Sequence record: SRR31156797_464
Reading direction: 5' to 3' (one strand)
Length of the DNA stretch: 46,103 bases
The notes beneath the pieces are model-generated. The model ran no database searches. It saw nothing but the letters and a program-made list of their open reading frames with translations, and was not told the origin of the DNA. A program made the position numbers and the translations under genes. Of this stretch, positions 36,883 through 46,103 are shown one piece after another. Each line of letters opens with the position of its first letter. The first letter of the stretch is position 1.

Positions 36883-37716
36883 TCACTTACCCAGTTCAAT
36901 GGACCGTTTTGTGGCCGATTCAACGGCGTTCATGAGGGACGCGCGGATGCCGCCCTTTTCCAGTTCATGGATGCCGGCGATGGTGGTGCCGCCGGGAGAA
37001 GTGACCATGCACTTGAGCGCCCCCGGGTTTTGCCGGGTTTCAAGAAACAGCTTGGCAGATCCCATAAGGGTTTGCGCCGCAAGGGTTTCCGCCACATCCC
37101 GGGGCAAACCCATTTTAACGCCCCCGTCCGCAAGGGCTTCCAGTATCATGAACACGTAGGCGGGTCCGGATCCGGAAAGACCGGTGACCGCATCAATCAG
37201 TTTTTCTTCAATCCGAACGGTGCTTCCCAGAGGGCGAAAAAGGGTTTCCACGGTTTTCAGATCTTCCGGAAGGGCCGGACTGTCCGATGCAATGGCCATG
37301 GCCCCTTCCATGACCGTCATGGGCGTGTTGGGCATGGTGCGCACAATGCGGGGGCCTTTGGGCAGGCCGGACGAAAGGGTTTGAATGGGAACCCCCGCCA
37401 CAATGGAAACCAGCAGTTTTTCAGATCCCATGTTGGCGCTCATGTCAGCCAGCACCTTGGGGACCGCCTGGGGTTTGACCGCAAGAAAGATCACATTGGA
37501 TCGATCCACCAGCCATCGATTCTCCTTTACGGTTTCCATACCAAAGGTTTTCGATATGCGGTCTCTTCGTTCACCGGAGATATCCGATGCCAGGATTCGG
37601 TCCGGCAAAACCACCTGGTTTTGAATGATACCGCGAATCATGGCCTCCGCCATGTTTCCCGCGCCGATAAAACCCAAATATTTGTCCTTCAGGGCGTTGT
37701 TGATATCAAAAGACAT
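36883..37716 (-). CDS. proC: Pyrroline-5-carboxylate reductase
   Basis: GFIGAGNMA, LAVKPQ, RTMPNTP, GLSGSGPAY and VTSPGGTT. Confidence 0.96.
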   Translation of the reverse strand: MSFDINNALKDKYLGFIGAGNMAEAMIRGIIQNQVVLPDRILASDISGERRDRISKTFGMETVKENRWLVDRSNVIFLAVKPQAVPKVLADMSANMGSEKLLVSIVAGVPIQTLSSGLPKGPRIVRTMPNTPMTVMEGAMAIASDSPALPEDLKTVETLFRPLGSTVRIEEKLIDAVTGLSGSGPAYVFMILEALADGGVKMGLPRDVAETLAAQTLMGSAKLFLETRQNPGALKCMVTSPGGTTIAGIHELEKGGIRASLMNAVESATKRSIELGK

Positions 37717-37785
37717 GCGTTTAAAACTCCTTATAAAGGTCTTTAATGAAAATTTTCAATCGGCTTTGGCCATCGGGGCGGAGCA

Positions 37786-39285
37786 CTAAAGCGATCTAAA
37801 AAGGTCTTTTACATCCGGTTTGGTAACTTTTCCCATGGGGTTTCGCGGCAGGCGCTTCACCCGCATAATGTTTGAGGGGATCTTGTAGGGTGCCAGCCTT
37901 TCCTTTCCCCATTTCCGCAGTTCCGCCAGAGATAGCCCAGACCCTTCCTTAAGGAGAACGGCCGCACACACCCTTTCTCCCCATTGGGGATCGTCCATCC
38001 CCACCACGGCACATTCCGAGATGTTCGGGTGTCTCCTCAGCACTTCTTCGATTTCAAGGGCGGAGACCTTATATCCTCCGGTTTTGATGATATCCGTACT
38101 TTGCCGTCCCAGGATCCGGTAGCTGTTTTCTTCCATTACGGCCACGTCGCCCGTTTTGAACCAGGAACCGCGAAATGCGCTTTGCGTTTCCTCGGGTCGG
38201 TGCCAGTATTCCTGAAATACGGTAGACCCCCTGACTTCGATTTCACCGGTGGCGCCCTCCGGAACCGTATGCCCCTTTTTATCCACCAGTCTGATTTCCA
38301 CCCCCGGCAACGGGGTGCCCACATGCCCGGGCCGTCGTTTTCCATGGAGCGGGTTGGAAAGGGCCATGCCGATTTCCGTCATGCCGTAGCGTTCCAGCAA
38401 CCCATGCCCGGTGATGGATTTCCACCGTTGAAAGGCCGTGACCGGAAGGGCCGCCGATCCGGACACCATGAGACGGAGGCGGTCGCATGCCTTGCCCATG
38501 ATTTGCTGCTGTTCGGGAAGGGATTCTTCCCATGCAGCGATCAATTTGAAATAAATGGTGGGAACGGCCATGAACAGGGTGATGTTTCCATCCGCAAACT
38601 TCCGCCATACCTTGAGGGCGTCAAAACGGGGAAGCATATCACATACGGCTCCGGCCCACAGGGCACAGCAGAGCACGTTGACGATGCCGTGGGTGTGATG
38701 GAGGGGGAGAACATGAAGAATCCGATCCTCCCGGCGCCACTCCCAGGCTTTGATCAGGGTGGTGATCTGAGCTTCCAGGTTGGCGTGGGTCAGCACCACG
38801 CCTTTGGGTTTCCCCGTGGTGCCGCTGGTATAGAGAATCATGGCCGGTCTTTCGGAACCCACCATGGGAAGGGTTCGGCAATCCCCCTTGAGGAGCTGTT
38901 CCGTTAAGAGAAAGCGGACATTGAGATCTTTGGCAATGGGGGCCAGGGTTTCGGCGAAATCCCCATGGCCCACCACGATGGACGCGCCGGAATCCGAAAT
39001 GGTATAAGCCAATTCAGCGGGTGGGTGCACTTCACACAGGGGCACCGCCATGCCGCCTGCGCGCCAGATCCCCCACTGGATGGCCGGGTAATCGAAGCTT
39101 CTGGGAGTGAGGAAAGCCACCCGCCGGCCTTCCAGGTCCTTTTCCCCCGCCAGCAATCCGCAAGCCACGCGCCATGAGGCCTTCAGGAGCCGGTCGTATG
39201 TGAAGTTACCATCCGATGTGGCCATGGCCGTGCGCCCGCGGTGTTTTTCCGCCCTTTCAATGAGGGGGATGCCTGAATCACCCAT
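37786..39285 (-). CDS. Acyl-CoA synthetase, malonyl-CoA synthetase (MatB/ACSF3)-like
   Basis: YTSGTTGKPKG, LPLHHTHG, VSGSAAL, LERYGMTE and PRNPMGKV; start placed at ATG 39285, overlapping the upstream stop. Confidence 0.85.
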   Translation of the reverse strand: MGDSGIPLIERAEKHRGRTAMATSDGNFTYDRLLKASWRVACGLLAGEKDLEGRRVAFLTPRSFDYPAIQWGIWRAGGMAVPLCEVHPPAELAYTISDSGASIVVGHGDFAETLAPIAKDLNVRFLLTEQLLKGDCRTLPMVGSERPAMILYTSGTTGKPKGVVLTHANLEAQITTLIKAWEWRREDRILHVLPLHHTHGIVNVLCCALWAGAVCDMLPRFDALKVWRKFADGNITLFMAVPTIYFKLIAAWEESLPEQQQIMGKACDRLRLMVSGSAALPVTAFQRWKSITGHGLLERYGMTEIGMALSNPLHGKRRPGHVGTPLPGVEIRLVDKKGHTVPEGATGEIEVRGSTVFQEYWHRPEETQSAFRGSWFKTGDVAVMEENSYRILGRQSTDIIKTGGYKVSALEIEEVLRRHPNISECAVVGMDDPQWGERVCAAVLLKEGSGLSLAELRKWGKERLAPYKIPSNIMRVKRLPRNPMGKVTKPDVKDLFRSL

Positions 39286-39874
39286 GGATTTTAAGTGCCA
39301 CCTGTGCGACCCTTTTCCCCAGGCTTTCGACGGTCTTGAGGCCCGGATCATCCTTTTCGATGCCGTCCGGATGGCCGCTCCACATGGTACCGCCGAAATG
39401 GGCCCCCGGCTTCCCGTCGCCCACCACGATCATGTCGTGAACCAGCATGGCCGATTGAACGTGTTGTATGGAAGCCTCCTGGCCGCCGTTTCGAAATCCT
39501 CCCACGGAAATGACGCCGCCCACAACGTCCCGGAACAGGAATCCGTGGCGCCTGAACATGACGGTGCGGTCCAAAAACGCTTTGCACTGTGAACTCATGG
39601 TGCCCAGGTAAACGGGTGTCGCCATAATGAGCCCCCCCAGACCGGGGTCTTCAAGGATGGGGATGATGTTGTTGAAATCATCTTCCTGGCTGCATTCCAG
39701 CTTTTTCGTGCAGTGGCCGCATGCAATACAGCCTCGCAGGTCCATTCCCGCCAGGTCGATGATTTCCGTTTGAATTTGAGGGAAGTTTTCATTGATGACG
39801 CCCATACACTTATCCAGGGATGTCCGGGTTGTCTTTCCTTTTCGGGGGCTGCAGGAAATGCCGACGATTTTCAT
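39278..39874 (-). CDS. Iron-sulfur flavoprotein (flavodoxin-like, Isf family)
   Basis: SPRKG.TT FMN loop, CIACGHC-x5-C, TPVY and RNGGQE. Confidence 0.88.
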   Translation of the reverse strand: MKIVGISCSPRKGKTTRTSLDKCMGVINENFPQIQTEIIDLAGMDLRGCIACGHCTKKLECSQEDDFNNIIPILEDPGLGGLIMATPVYLGTMSSQCKAFLDRTVMFRRHGFLFRDVVGGVISVGGFRNGGQEASIQHVQSAMLVHDMIVVGDGKPGAHFGGTMWSGHPDGIEKDDPGLKTVESLGKRVAQVALKIHG

Positions 39875-40140
39875 TGAAGTGCTCCTTTCATGGCACCGGC
39901 AGGCGGCAAATGAATCATGTGAATTGCCGGGATTCCGGAACCGTTTTAGAATTGAATTGTGTGAATATGGCTAATGTAAAGAACGAAATATGCTTTATGG
40001 AGACTGATATGGCCCATAAATCGTGTGGAGTCAAGTGTATTTCTTGAAGTTCCGAGGCCCTTAAGCCATCCGTTAGGTTTTCTCCGAACTCCAAGAAAGA
40101 AGGTTGGTGAACCTCATGGGTCATGGCTGGGAGGGGATAA

Positions 40141-41094
40141 TTATTCCCAATTCAGTCCCATTGGGTGATGTGGTTGCCCCTCTTTTGCCGATGGTATCCC
40201 CGGACCCTCCCATTTGTCGTACACCAGTTTTGCCGCCGCCATGTCCTGGCAGGCCATTCCGATTGAATCGAAGACCACGGTCGCACCCAGGTCAACCGGC
40301 CGGGAACCGTCCAGGACTTCTCCCAATTCGGCGTAGATTTCGGCGTTGAACCGCCGGATGTTGCCGGAGTCTGCCCGGGCCCCCTTGCGGGAATCGACAA
40401 TGACCAGGTTGGACATGGTCTCCCCGTCAACCTCGCCCACATCCGGCCCCCGCCAACCCACGGTCGCCACTTTTGCGCCGGGGCGCAGCCATTTTCCCTC
40501 AAGGATCGGTTCGGCGGCGGATGTGGCCGTCACCACCACTTCCGCATCACGGACCGCTTCCCGGGCCGACATGGCGATGCCCCCCACTTCATCCGCCAGC
40601 ATCTCCCCCCGCTCCCGGGTGCGGTTCCAAATGCGAATTTCCTCGAATTCACGAACTTCCGATAAGGCTTTGATATGGCCCTTGCCCTGGGTTCCGGCGC
40701 CCAGAATGGCGAGGGCCTTTACGTGGGGCGCTGCCACGGCGTCAACAAAAGTCGCCGTTACGGCGGCGGTTCGCATCTCCGTAATGAGTCCTCCGTCCAT
40801 GACGGCCATGGGTTCGCCGGTCTCGGGTCGAAAAAGCACGATCACGGCCATGTGGGTATGAAGATGCTTGGCGGCGTTGTCCGGAAAAAAGGTGATGAGC
40901 TTGGATCCCAAAGTGTCCGGACCTGCCGCGGGCATGCTCCCGAAAAACCCGCCGTGCGGCTGAACTTCAAGCATCCGGCGGGCCGGTTGTGCGATGCGAC
41001 CTTGGGAGAAACGGATCATGGTCTGACGCATCACCGGAATCAACTCCTTCATACGCAAAACGGCGGCCACCGCTTTTTCATCTATATAACGCAT
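40141..41094 (-). CDS. Ornithine cyclodeaminase/mu-crystallin family protein
   Basis: SMPA, K.IT.FP.N, TEMRTAA, GAGTQG and FDSIGMACQD; start at ATG 41094 after GAGG. Confidence 0.88.
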   Translation of the reverse strand: MRYIDEKAVAAVLRMKELIPVMRQTMIRFSQGRIAQPARRMLEVQPHGGFFGSMPAAGPDTLGSKLITFFPDNAAKHLHTHMAVIVLFRPETGEPMAVMDGGLITEMRTAAVTATFVDAVAAPHVKALAILGAGTQGKGHIKALSEVREFEEIRIWNRTRERGEMLADEVGGIAMSAREAVRDAEVVVTATSAAEPILEGKWLRPGAKVATVGWRGPDVGEVDGETMSNLVIVDSRKGARADSGNIRRFNAEIYAELGEVLDGSRPVDLGATVVFDSIGMACQDMAAAKLVYDKWEGPGIPSAKEGQPHHPMGLNWE

Positions 41095-41299
41095 GCCATA
41101 TGCCTCGGTTTTTGGGGCCTCCGTGTTCCGCCGGAAAATACCGTCCATATCCCCCGGCTTTGAGTTTGCGTTTTCGATCCATGGGCAACTTCCAGGAAAT
41201 TGCTTAGCCCTTATCCCTGATAAAATGGAAGAACTAAAGATTCCCTTTGGCGGAAAAATTAAAAAAGAATTTTTTTAAGATAATTTTAAAGCAAGATAA

Positions 41300-41362
41300 G
41301 GGTTCAGATCTTCATTCTTAACTTTCTTAAAAATATCTGTCAAGAATGAAGACCCTGACCCC
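41300..41362. repeat. Imperfect ~23-bp inverted repeat (REP-like palindrome or terminator)
   Basis: GGGTTCAGATCTTCATTCTTAAC ... GTCAAGAATGAAGACCCTGACCCC just downstream of the surface-protein stop. Confidence 0.6.
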
Positions 41363-41379
41363 CTATGCTTTCTGGCTCG

Positions 41380-43563
41380 CTAACTCACACGCCTTCTCCG
41401 CGTGATAAAGCGAAGGGCCGATCCGGCCAGAAGGAGTGAAAGGATTATCATACCCCATTGGTTCATGGTCGGGATCGCCGCTGCCGGCTGACCGGGTCCG
41501 CACGGGTCGTATATCATGCCGTCGACACCGGTGCCGTCTCCAAGCCCGCCGTCTTTCAGGGTGTACTCGGCGTAGGCCACTGTCTGTCCGCCGATATCGG
41601 CTGTTCCAAAGGTCACCTTTGGAAGTTGGTACCACTGAGGATTGTCAAAATTTGGAGGCATGGGTCCGTATTGTTTATAAGTGTATTTCGCAAGGTTCGA
41701 TTCATTGTGAAAATAGACCCGCAAGGTTGCACTTTGGGACGGGATTTCAAAACTCACCAATCCGTATGGATAGTCGCAATCCGTATCCCCACCCCCCAGG
41801 GAAGCCTCCGTGTATGTCTGCACGTTCTTTAATTGCGAGTTTTTTGATGTGATCTCCGCGGTGATGTATCCGGAACCGGTGGCGGCCAAAACAGAGGCCA
41901 CATCCTCCTGCATACTGTCGGCGGTTCCGTCACCATTTCCGTCCCCGCCGTTTGGCCCGCCGTCCTCTTCCGCCCCAGATACGCCGTCGCCGTCATCTCC
42001 GGTTCCCCGGATACTGAAATCATACGGGTTTTCGTCTGAATCGTCATTGGGGATGCTGACCTCGGCAGACCTGATACCCATGGCGGTAGGATCAAACCGG
42101 ATGGTAAAAGTCGTGGTTCCACCGCCCGAAGCGACAGGGGAAGCGGGCGCCGCCACCACGGAAAAGTCTTCCGGATTGGCCCCGGCCAGGCCCACCATGG
42201 GGGTGCCCGATAAATTCAAATCCGCGGATCCGCTATTTTCTATGGTGAAGGTATGATCTATTGTTCCGGTGGAAATATCCGCATTGCCAAAATCCGTATG
42301 GTCTGTAACGGATGGCTTGACGTCCCCATCTTCAATGGAATGGGCCAATCCTTTGACGTCCATCTCGGGGACGCCGGTCACAGTGACCGTTAGCACGGCA
42401 GTGTCGCAGTCGCCGTCCATGTCGCAGATTTCATAGGTGAGGGTGTCCGTGCCGAAAAAGTCCCGATTCGGCGTGTAATGGATACTGTCGTTTGCGGGAT
42501 TGTTCGGTGAGCCGCCGTCATTGACGCCGGCGGTTCCGTTAAGGGGCTCGATGGTAATGCGGATGTCCTCTGCCGCGGGACCGTCAGCGCCAAAGGTATC
42601 GTTGACGATAACATCAATGTTGGTCGTGCCGGAGTTTTCAGGGACCGTGGCGGCATCGTCATGGGCCATGGGGGTGTCGTCCAGGATGGGCACTCTGATG
42701 GAAACCATGCATATGTCCGTGGATTGAAGGCCGACATTGTCAGTGATGGTTAAGGCGAAGGTCAGCGCGGCGCCTTCCATGCCGGGATCGGGTGCGGTAA
42801 AGGTTGTTATAACGGCACTGGGATCCGATAACGTCACGGCTATCCCCGCGATCTGGGTCCATGAAAAAACAACAATCCCGCCATCCGGATCGAAAGAGTT
42901 GGAACCGTCCAGGATAACTGTGGTTTGTTGATCTACCGTTTGATCGGAACCGGCATGGGCCACGGGTGGCAGATTGTTCGGGTTTGAGGCGGGATTTGAA
43001 GGATCAAAGCCCTGATCGATCTCCAGGCCGTCAAAAAAATCGTCATTGTCCGCGTCAGCATCCACCAGGTTGTGCAATTCGTCCGAGTCATAATCCACAT
43101 CCCAATTGCTCCCCCAATAGAGCGCCTCGGCGCCATCACCGATGCCGTCATGGTCCGTATCCATTTTATTGGGGTCGGTTCCGAAAATTTCCATCTCCTC
43201 CGTATCCGTGAGTCCGTCCCGGTCCGAGTCCGAAGCACTTATTGACTCCATAACCACATTTAAATCATGGCTTTCACCGGAAGAATTAAATGCCCTCGCA
43301 ACAAAATAATAGATGGCGTCTTCGCCAACGAAAATTGTACACGTCGTTTCTCTCCCTTCCCAGACCGGATTGTTGTAATCATAATGTTCATCTTCCTGCC
43401 GGCTGAAAACCCTGTAACCCTCCACATCAGGCAACACACTCGCATCCCATGACAATGTTATTTCCCGAGCTGAAGTGGTATATGGGGTAAATGCCATGAG
43501 CAAGATGGTAAGAAAAGGAAGGACGATTTTGGGTATCACACAAATACAGCAGTTTGTTCTCAT
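41380..43563 (-). CDS. Modular cell-surface protein with IPTL-CTERM sorting signal
   Basis: Signal peptide; FN3-like domain (LSWD..GYRV..YYFVARAFN); DxDxDG Ca-binding repeats; PKD-like domain (PVAHAGSDQ, DGSNSFDPDG); Ig/cadherin-like domain (AHDD..GTDTLTYEICD); further beta-sandwich domains; IPTMNQWG + TM helix + RRRR tail; AAGGAGG RBS. Confidence 0.88.
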   Translation of the reverse strand: MRTNCCICVIPKIVLPFLTILLMAFTPYTTSAREITLSWDASVLPDVEGYRVFSRQEDEHYDYNNPVWEGRETTCTIFVGEDAIYYFVARAFNSSGESHDLNVVMESISASDSDRDGLTDTEEMEIFGTDPNKMDTDHDGIGDGAEALYWGSNWDVDYDSDELHNLVDADADNDDFFDGLEIDQGFDPSNPASNPNNLPPVAHAGSDQTVDQQTTVILDGSNSFDPDGGIVVFSWTQIAGIAVTLSDPSAVITTFTAPDPGMEGAALTFALTITDNVGLQSTDICMVSIRVPILDDTPMAHDDAATVPENSGTTNIDVIVNDTFGADGPAAEDIRITIEPLNGTAGVNDGGSPNNPANDSIHYTPNRDFFGTDTLTYEICDMDGDCDTAVLTVTVTGVPEMDVKGLAHSIEDGDVKPSVTDHTDFGNADISTGTIDHTFTIENSGSADLNLSGTPMVGLAGANPEDFSVVAAPASPVASGGGTTTFTIRFDPTAMGIRSAEVSIPNDDSDENPYDFSIRGTGDDGDGVSGAEEDGGPNGGDGNGDGTADSMQEDVASVLAATGSGYITAEITSKNSQLKNVQTYTEASLGGGDTDCDYPYGLVSFEIPSQSATLRVYFHNESNLAKYTYKQYGPMPPNFDNPQWYQLPKVTFGTADIGGQTVAYAEYTLKDGGLGDGTGVDGMIYDPCGPGQPAAAIPTMNQWGMIILSLLLAGSALRFITRRRRVS

Positions 43564-43621
43564 TTTCTGGCCTCCTTGTTTTTTCCCGGCGACCTACAGA
43601 TCCATGAGAAGGGCTGTATTC

Positions 43622-43712
43622 GCCCGGCAGCCCTGCTGTCGTATCCCGATGTTTCGGGACTTAGACCAGTGGCTTTGCGTCCCGCCCTTTCGAGCGGTTT
43701 GCCTTTGTCGGA
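43622..43712 (-). ncRNA. Cyclic di-GMP-I (GEMM) riboswitch
   Basis: Minus strand reads GGCAAACCGCTCGAAAGGGCGGGACGCAAAGCCACTGGTCTAAGTCCCG...CGGGATACGACAGCAGGGCTGCC: GGCAAA, GAAA tetraloop stem, GACGCAAAG, GGTCTAA receptor; in the 5' UTR of the surface-protein gene. Confidence 0.92.
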
Positions 43713-44533
43713 CTATTATGGTTTTCATGTTACCAATGAAATGCCCAAAGGTTAACGTATGGAATCGTATCAAGAACCCCCTTAGCCGATCGGTTTGACG
43801 CTGCAGCGATATTTGTTAAGAACAGCAAATTTTATGCCAGACCCCGGAGCTTCAATCTTTTGAATTGAAAACCGGTGCAGGGCTGAGGTGATTTGGGATA
43901 GGCGAGGGTCCAGCTTATACTGTGGCGCTCCCTTCGGAAGGGAGGCCTGAGAAAATCGAGATAAGGATGTGAACATTGTCAGGGACCTTTGTGTGGATAA
44001 AAATCTTCCGCATTGTGCATAAGAACATGTGCGATGCACATTTTTCAGGGCATTTTTCCGGATATTTGAAATGGCAGGGCCGAGGCGTTTTTTTTGTGCG
44101 GCAGCGGTGAAATAGGTGCGCCGCATCGATTTCCAACAACAGCTACAGGAGCATGATGGGCAGAAAAGGCATAACCCATGAGGGATACGGGTGAGCAGGC
44201 CGAAGGCCGGGGGTGGGCATTCCCATCTGAGGAAGAATTCGGGGGCATATTCTTCACTCTCTTAAAGATATCCGTCAAGTATGTTTCCGATTTCTTAAAA
44301 CCATGTTTTTGGGTCTAAACACCTTGTTTTTTGAGTTAATTTTTTGAATTAACTTCCATAATCTTGGTCCGACCCTAACCCGAACCCGCTAACCCGTTGC
44401 AGTAGGCCACCTTATTTTCACATATGTCAAACCCTGTTTTTTTGGAGTTTGGAGCAAGCGCATAATTGAAGCCTTAAAAAGGCGAGTACGCTATTTGGGG
44501 TCTGTCCCCTATTATTACTCAATGCAAGCCTGC

Positions 44534-46103
44534 TTAATCATGGAGCAACTGTTTAATTTCTTTATCAATCGGCACCACAATAACGGTGACCCCTATCTGA
44601 TCTAAAGCTTGCTGAAACCTTGCCTGTATATTGTCAATCCTTTCTTCCCAATATGCTTTCGCACCATAGCCTTTCGCCAGCGAAACAATGTCAAGACCGG
44701 GAAGATCAAGGCCCGGAACATTTGGCGTATCTTCCAAAAGTGCAAATGATTTCAATATGCCATAGGCTTCATTTCGCAATGTGACAATGACAAGGTGCAG
44801 TTCATGCTGAACAGCGGTCCAAATCGACTGAGGTGAATACTGAAATGAACCATCCCCCATAATTGCGATAACGGGACGATTCCTTCCCAAACGCTTTTCT
44901 GCGACTGCAAGGCCAACCGCAGCCGGTAAGTCCCAGCCCAAACCGCCGGAACCCATTGTGTAGTAGCTGTCCGGCTTACTGATGGTGCCCATTCTTGAGC
45001 GTCCCAGTTCCGGAATATTTGACGGCGATTCCTGAACAAGAATATAGTCTTCAGGGATTTTTTTTGACAGCACATCAAAAAGCTCTTTGGCCGTCAATGG
45101 ATAGTCAATATCCTTGAGATCACCTGTATCGGAAGTGATGCTATCATTAAGATGATGAGTCGGTTGTTGACGTGCTGCAACCGCTTTATTTAATGAGATC
45201 AAAGCCAGACGGCTGTCACTGATAAGACTATCACCGGCAACAGACTTGGCAGCGTCATAAGCATCATCAGTCACTTGTAATAATGTTGCGCCATCCGGCA
45301 GGTATTCCCCCGGGACCCAGGGGTAGTAACGAAACACGGGTGCACCGATGACAACGATCAGATCATGTCCTTTTAGTGTTTCACACAATGGACCAATGGC
45401 CGAAGGGAGGCTGCCGGCATAGAGGGGATGGTTTTCCGGGAAGGAAATTCGTTCTGAAAACGACCCTATCCATACAGGGGCATTCAGTTTTTCGGCAAAA
45501 GCAACACCTTCATCCCATGCATTGCTTCTGGATATGTCACCACCATAGACAAGAACCGGATTTTGACTTTGATTGATCCTTTCAGCAAACTCTTTTAATC
45601 GTTCCGGATCCGGAGCAATTCTAGTTGAAGTGGTACGGAACACGTCCACATCATTTATCACCTTATCCCAGTCATCAAGGGGTAAAGAGAGAAAAACAGG
45701 TCCCGTCGGTTGCTGTATGGAGGTTGCATACGCCCGCATGAAAGCCCCCGGCACATCTTCCGGACGACAGGGTTGATAGCTCCATTTCACCCAGGGTTTA
45801 GGCAGGTTTTCAGCCTGTTTATTCGTAAGAAACGGTTCACAGAGAAGCATATCACGGGTTTGCTGACCGGCAGTAATGATCAGTGGTGTTTTGTTGACGT
45901 ATGAGCTTAATATGCAGCCCATTGCATTCCCCATTCCTGCCCCGGTATGCACATTGACGATGACCGGTCTCTTTAATCCTTGTGACAATCCATCCGCTAT
46001 TCCGACGACACTGGCTTCGTGAAGTGCCAGTATATAGGTGAAATCATCGGGAAAGTTTTTCAAAAAGGTCTCTTCTGTTGAACCTGGATTCCCCACAATT
46101 ATA
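44534..46103 (-). CDS. mdlC: Benzoylformate decarboxylase-like ThDP enzyme (5' end outside window)
   Basis: GNPGSTE, YILALHEASVVGIADG, NVH..AG.GNAM, TAGQQTR, GAPVFRY, GGLGW, ThDP motif GDGS..N and PGLDLPGLD. Confidence 0.8.
   Translation of the reverse strand, partial: IIVGNPGSTEETFLKNFPDDFTYILALHEASVVGIADGLSQGLKRPVIVNVHTGAGMGNAMGCILSSYVNKTPLIITAGQQTRDMLLCEPFLTNKQAENLPKPWVKWSYQPCRPEDVPGAFMRAYATSIQQPTGPVFLSLPLDDWDKVINDVDVFRTTSTRIAPDPERLKEFAERINQSQNPVLVYGGDISRSNAWDEGVAFAEKLNAPVWIGSFSERISFPENHPLYAGSLPSAIGPLCETLKGHDLIVVIGAPVFRYYPWVPGEYLPDGATLLQVTDDAYDAAKSVAGDSLISDSRLALISLNKAVAARQQPTHHLNDSITSDTGDLKDIDYPLTAKELFDVLSKKIPEDYILVQESPSNIPELGRSRMGTISKPDSYYTMGSGGLGWDLPAAVGLAVAEKRLGRNRPVIAIMGDGSFQYSPQSIWTAVQHELHLVIVTLRNEAYGILKSFALLEDTPNVPGLDLPGLDIVSLAKGYGAKAYWEERIDNIQARFQQALDQIGVTVIVVPIDKEIKQLLHD

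Noticed and set aside
35568-38907. Long alternative ORFs over hypD, proC and the MatB-like gene (318, 346 and 307 aa)
   Set aside because: They overlap well-supported genes on the opposite strand
43782-44278. Short ORFs in the gap between the riboswitch and mdlC
   Set aside because: No motifs, no clear RBS and mutually overlapping frames; treated as non-coding

Overview
Chromosomal window from a sulfate-reducing deltaproteobacterium (Desulfobacterota). The N-terminally extended DsrA hints at a Desulfatiglans-like lineage (inference). The core is the dissimilatory sulfite reductase locus: dsrA-dsrB-dsrD on the minus strand, divergent from dsrN-dsrC. Downstream of dsrD lie YcaO-TPR-YkgJ and a block of poorly characterised genes (ATP-grasp ligase, FmdB zinc ribbon, Zn-ribbon/HEAT protein, possible kinase-fold protein, ACT+DUF711, O-methyltransferase, transglutaminase-like protein). 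After dsrC come a Liv-type ABC operon carrying two acyl-CoA ligases (one with an eroded P-loop) and a CGGC protein, then an AT-richer three-gene operon that looks like a compact, very divergent SrfA/SrfC/SrfB-like system (membrane protein, degenerate dynamin-like GTPase, Hsp70/actin-fold ATPase). The rest holds DUF2333-hypABFD (no hypC or hypE), proC, a MatB-like ligase, an iron-sulfur flavoprotein, an ornithine cyclodeaminase-family gene, an IPTL-CTERM surface protein behind a c-di-GMP-I riboswitch, and a benzoylformate decarboxylase-like gene cut by the window edge. I saw no tRNA, rRNA, CRISPR array or transposase. All family calls come from motif recognition by eye; no searches were run.
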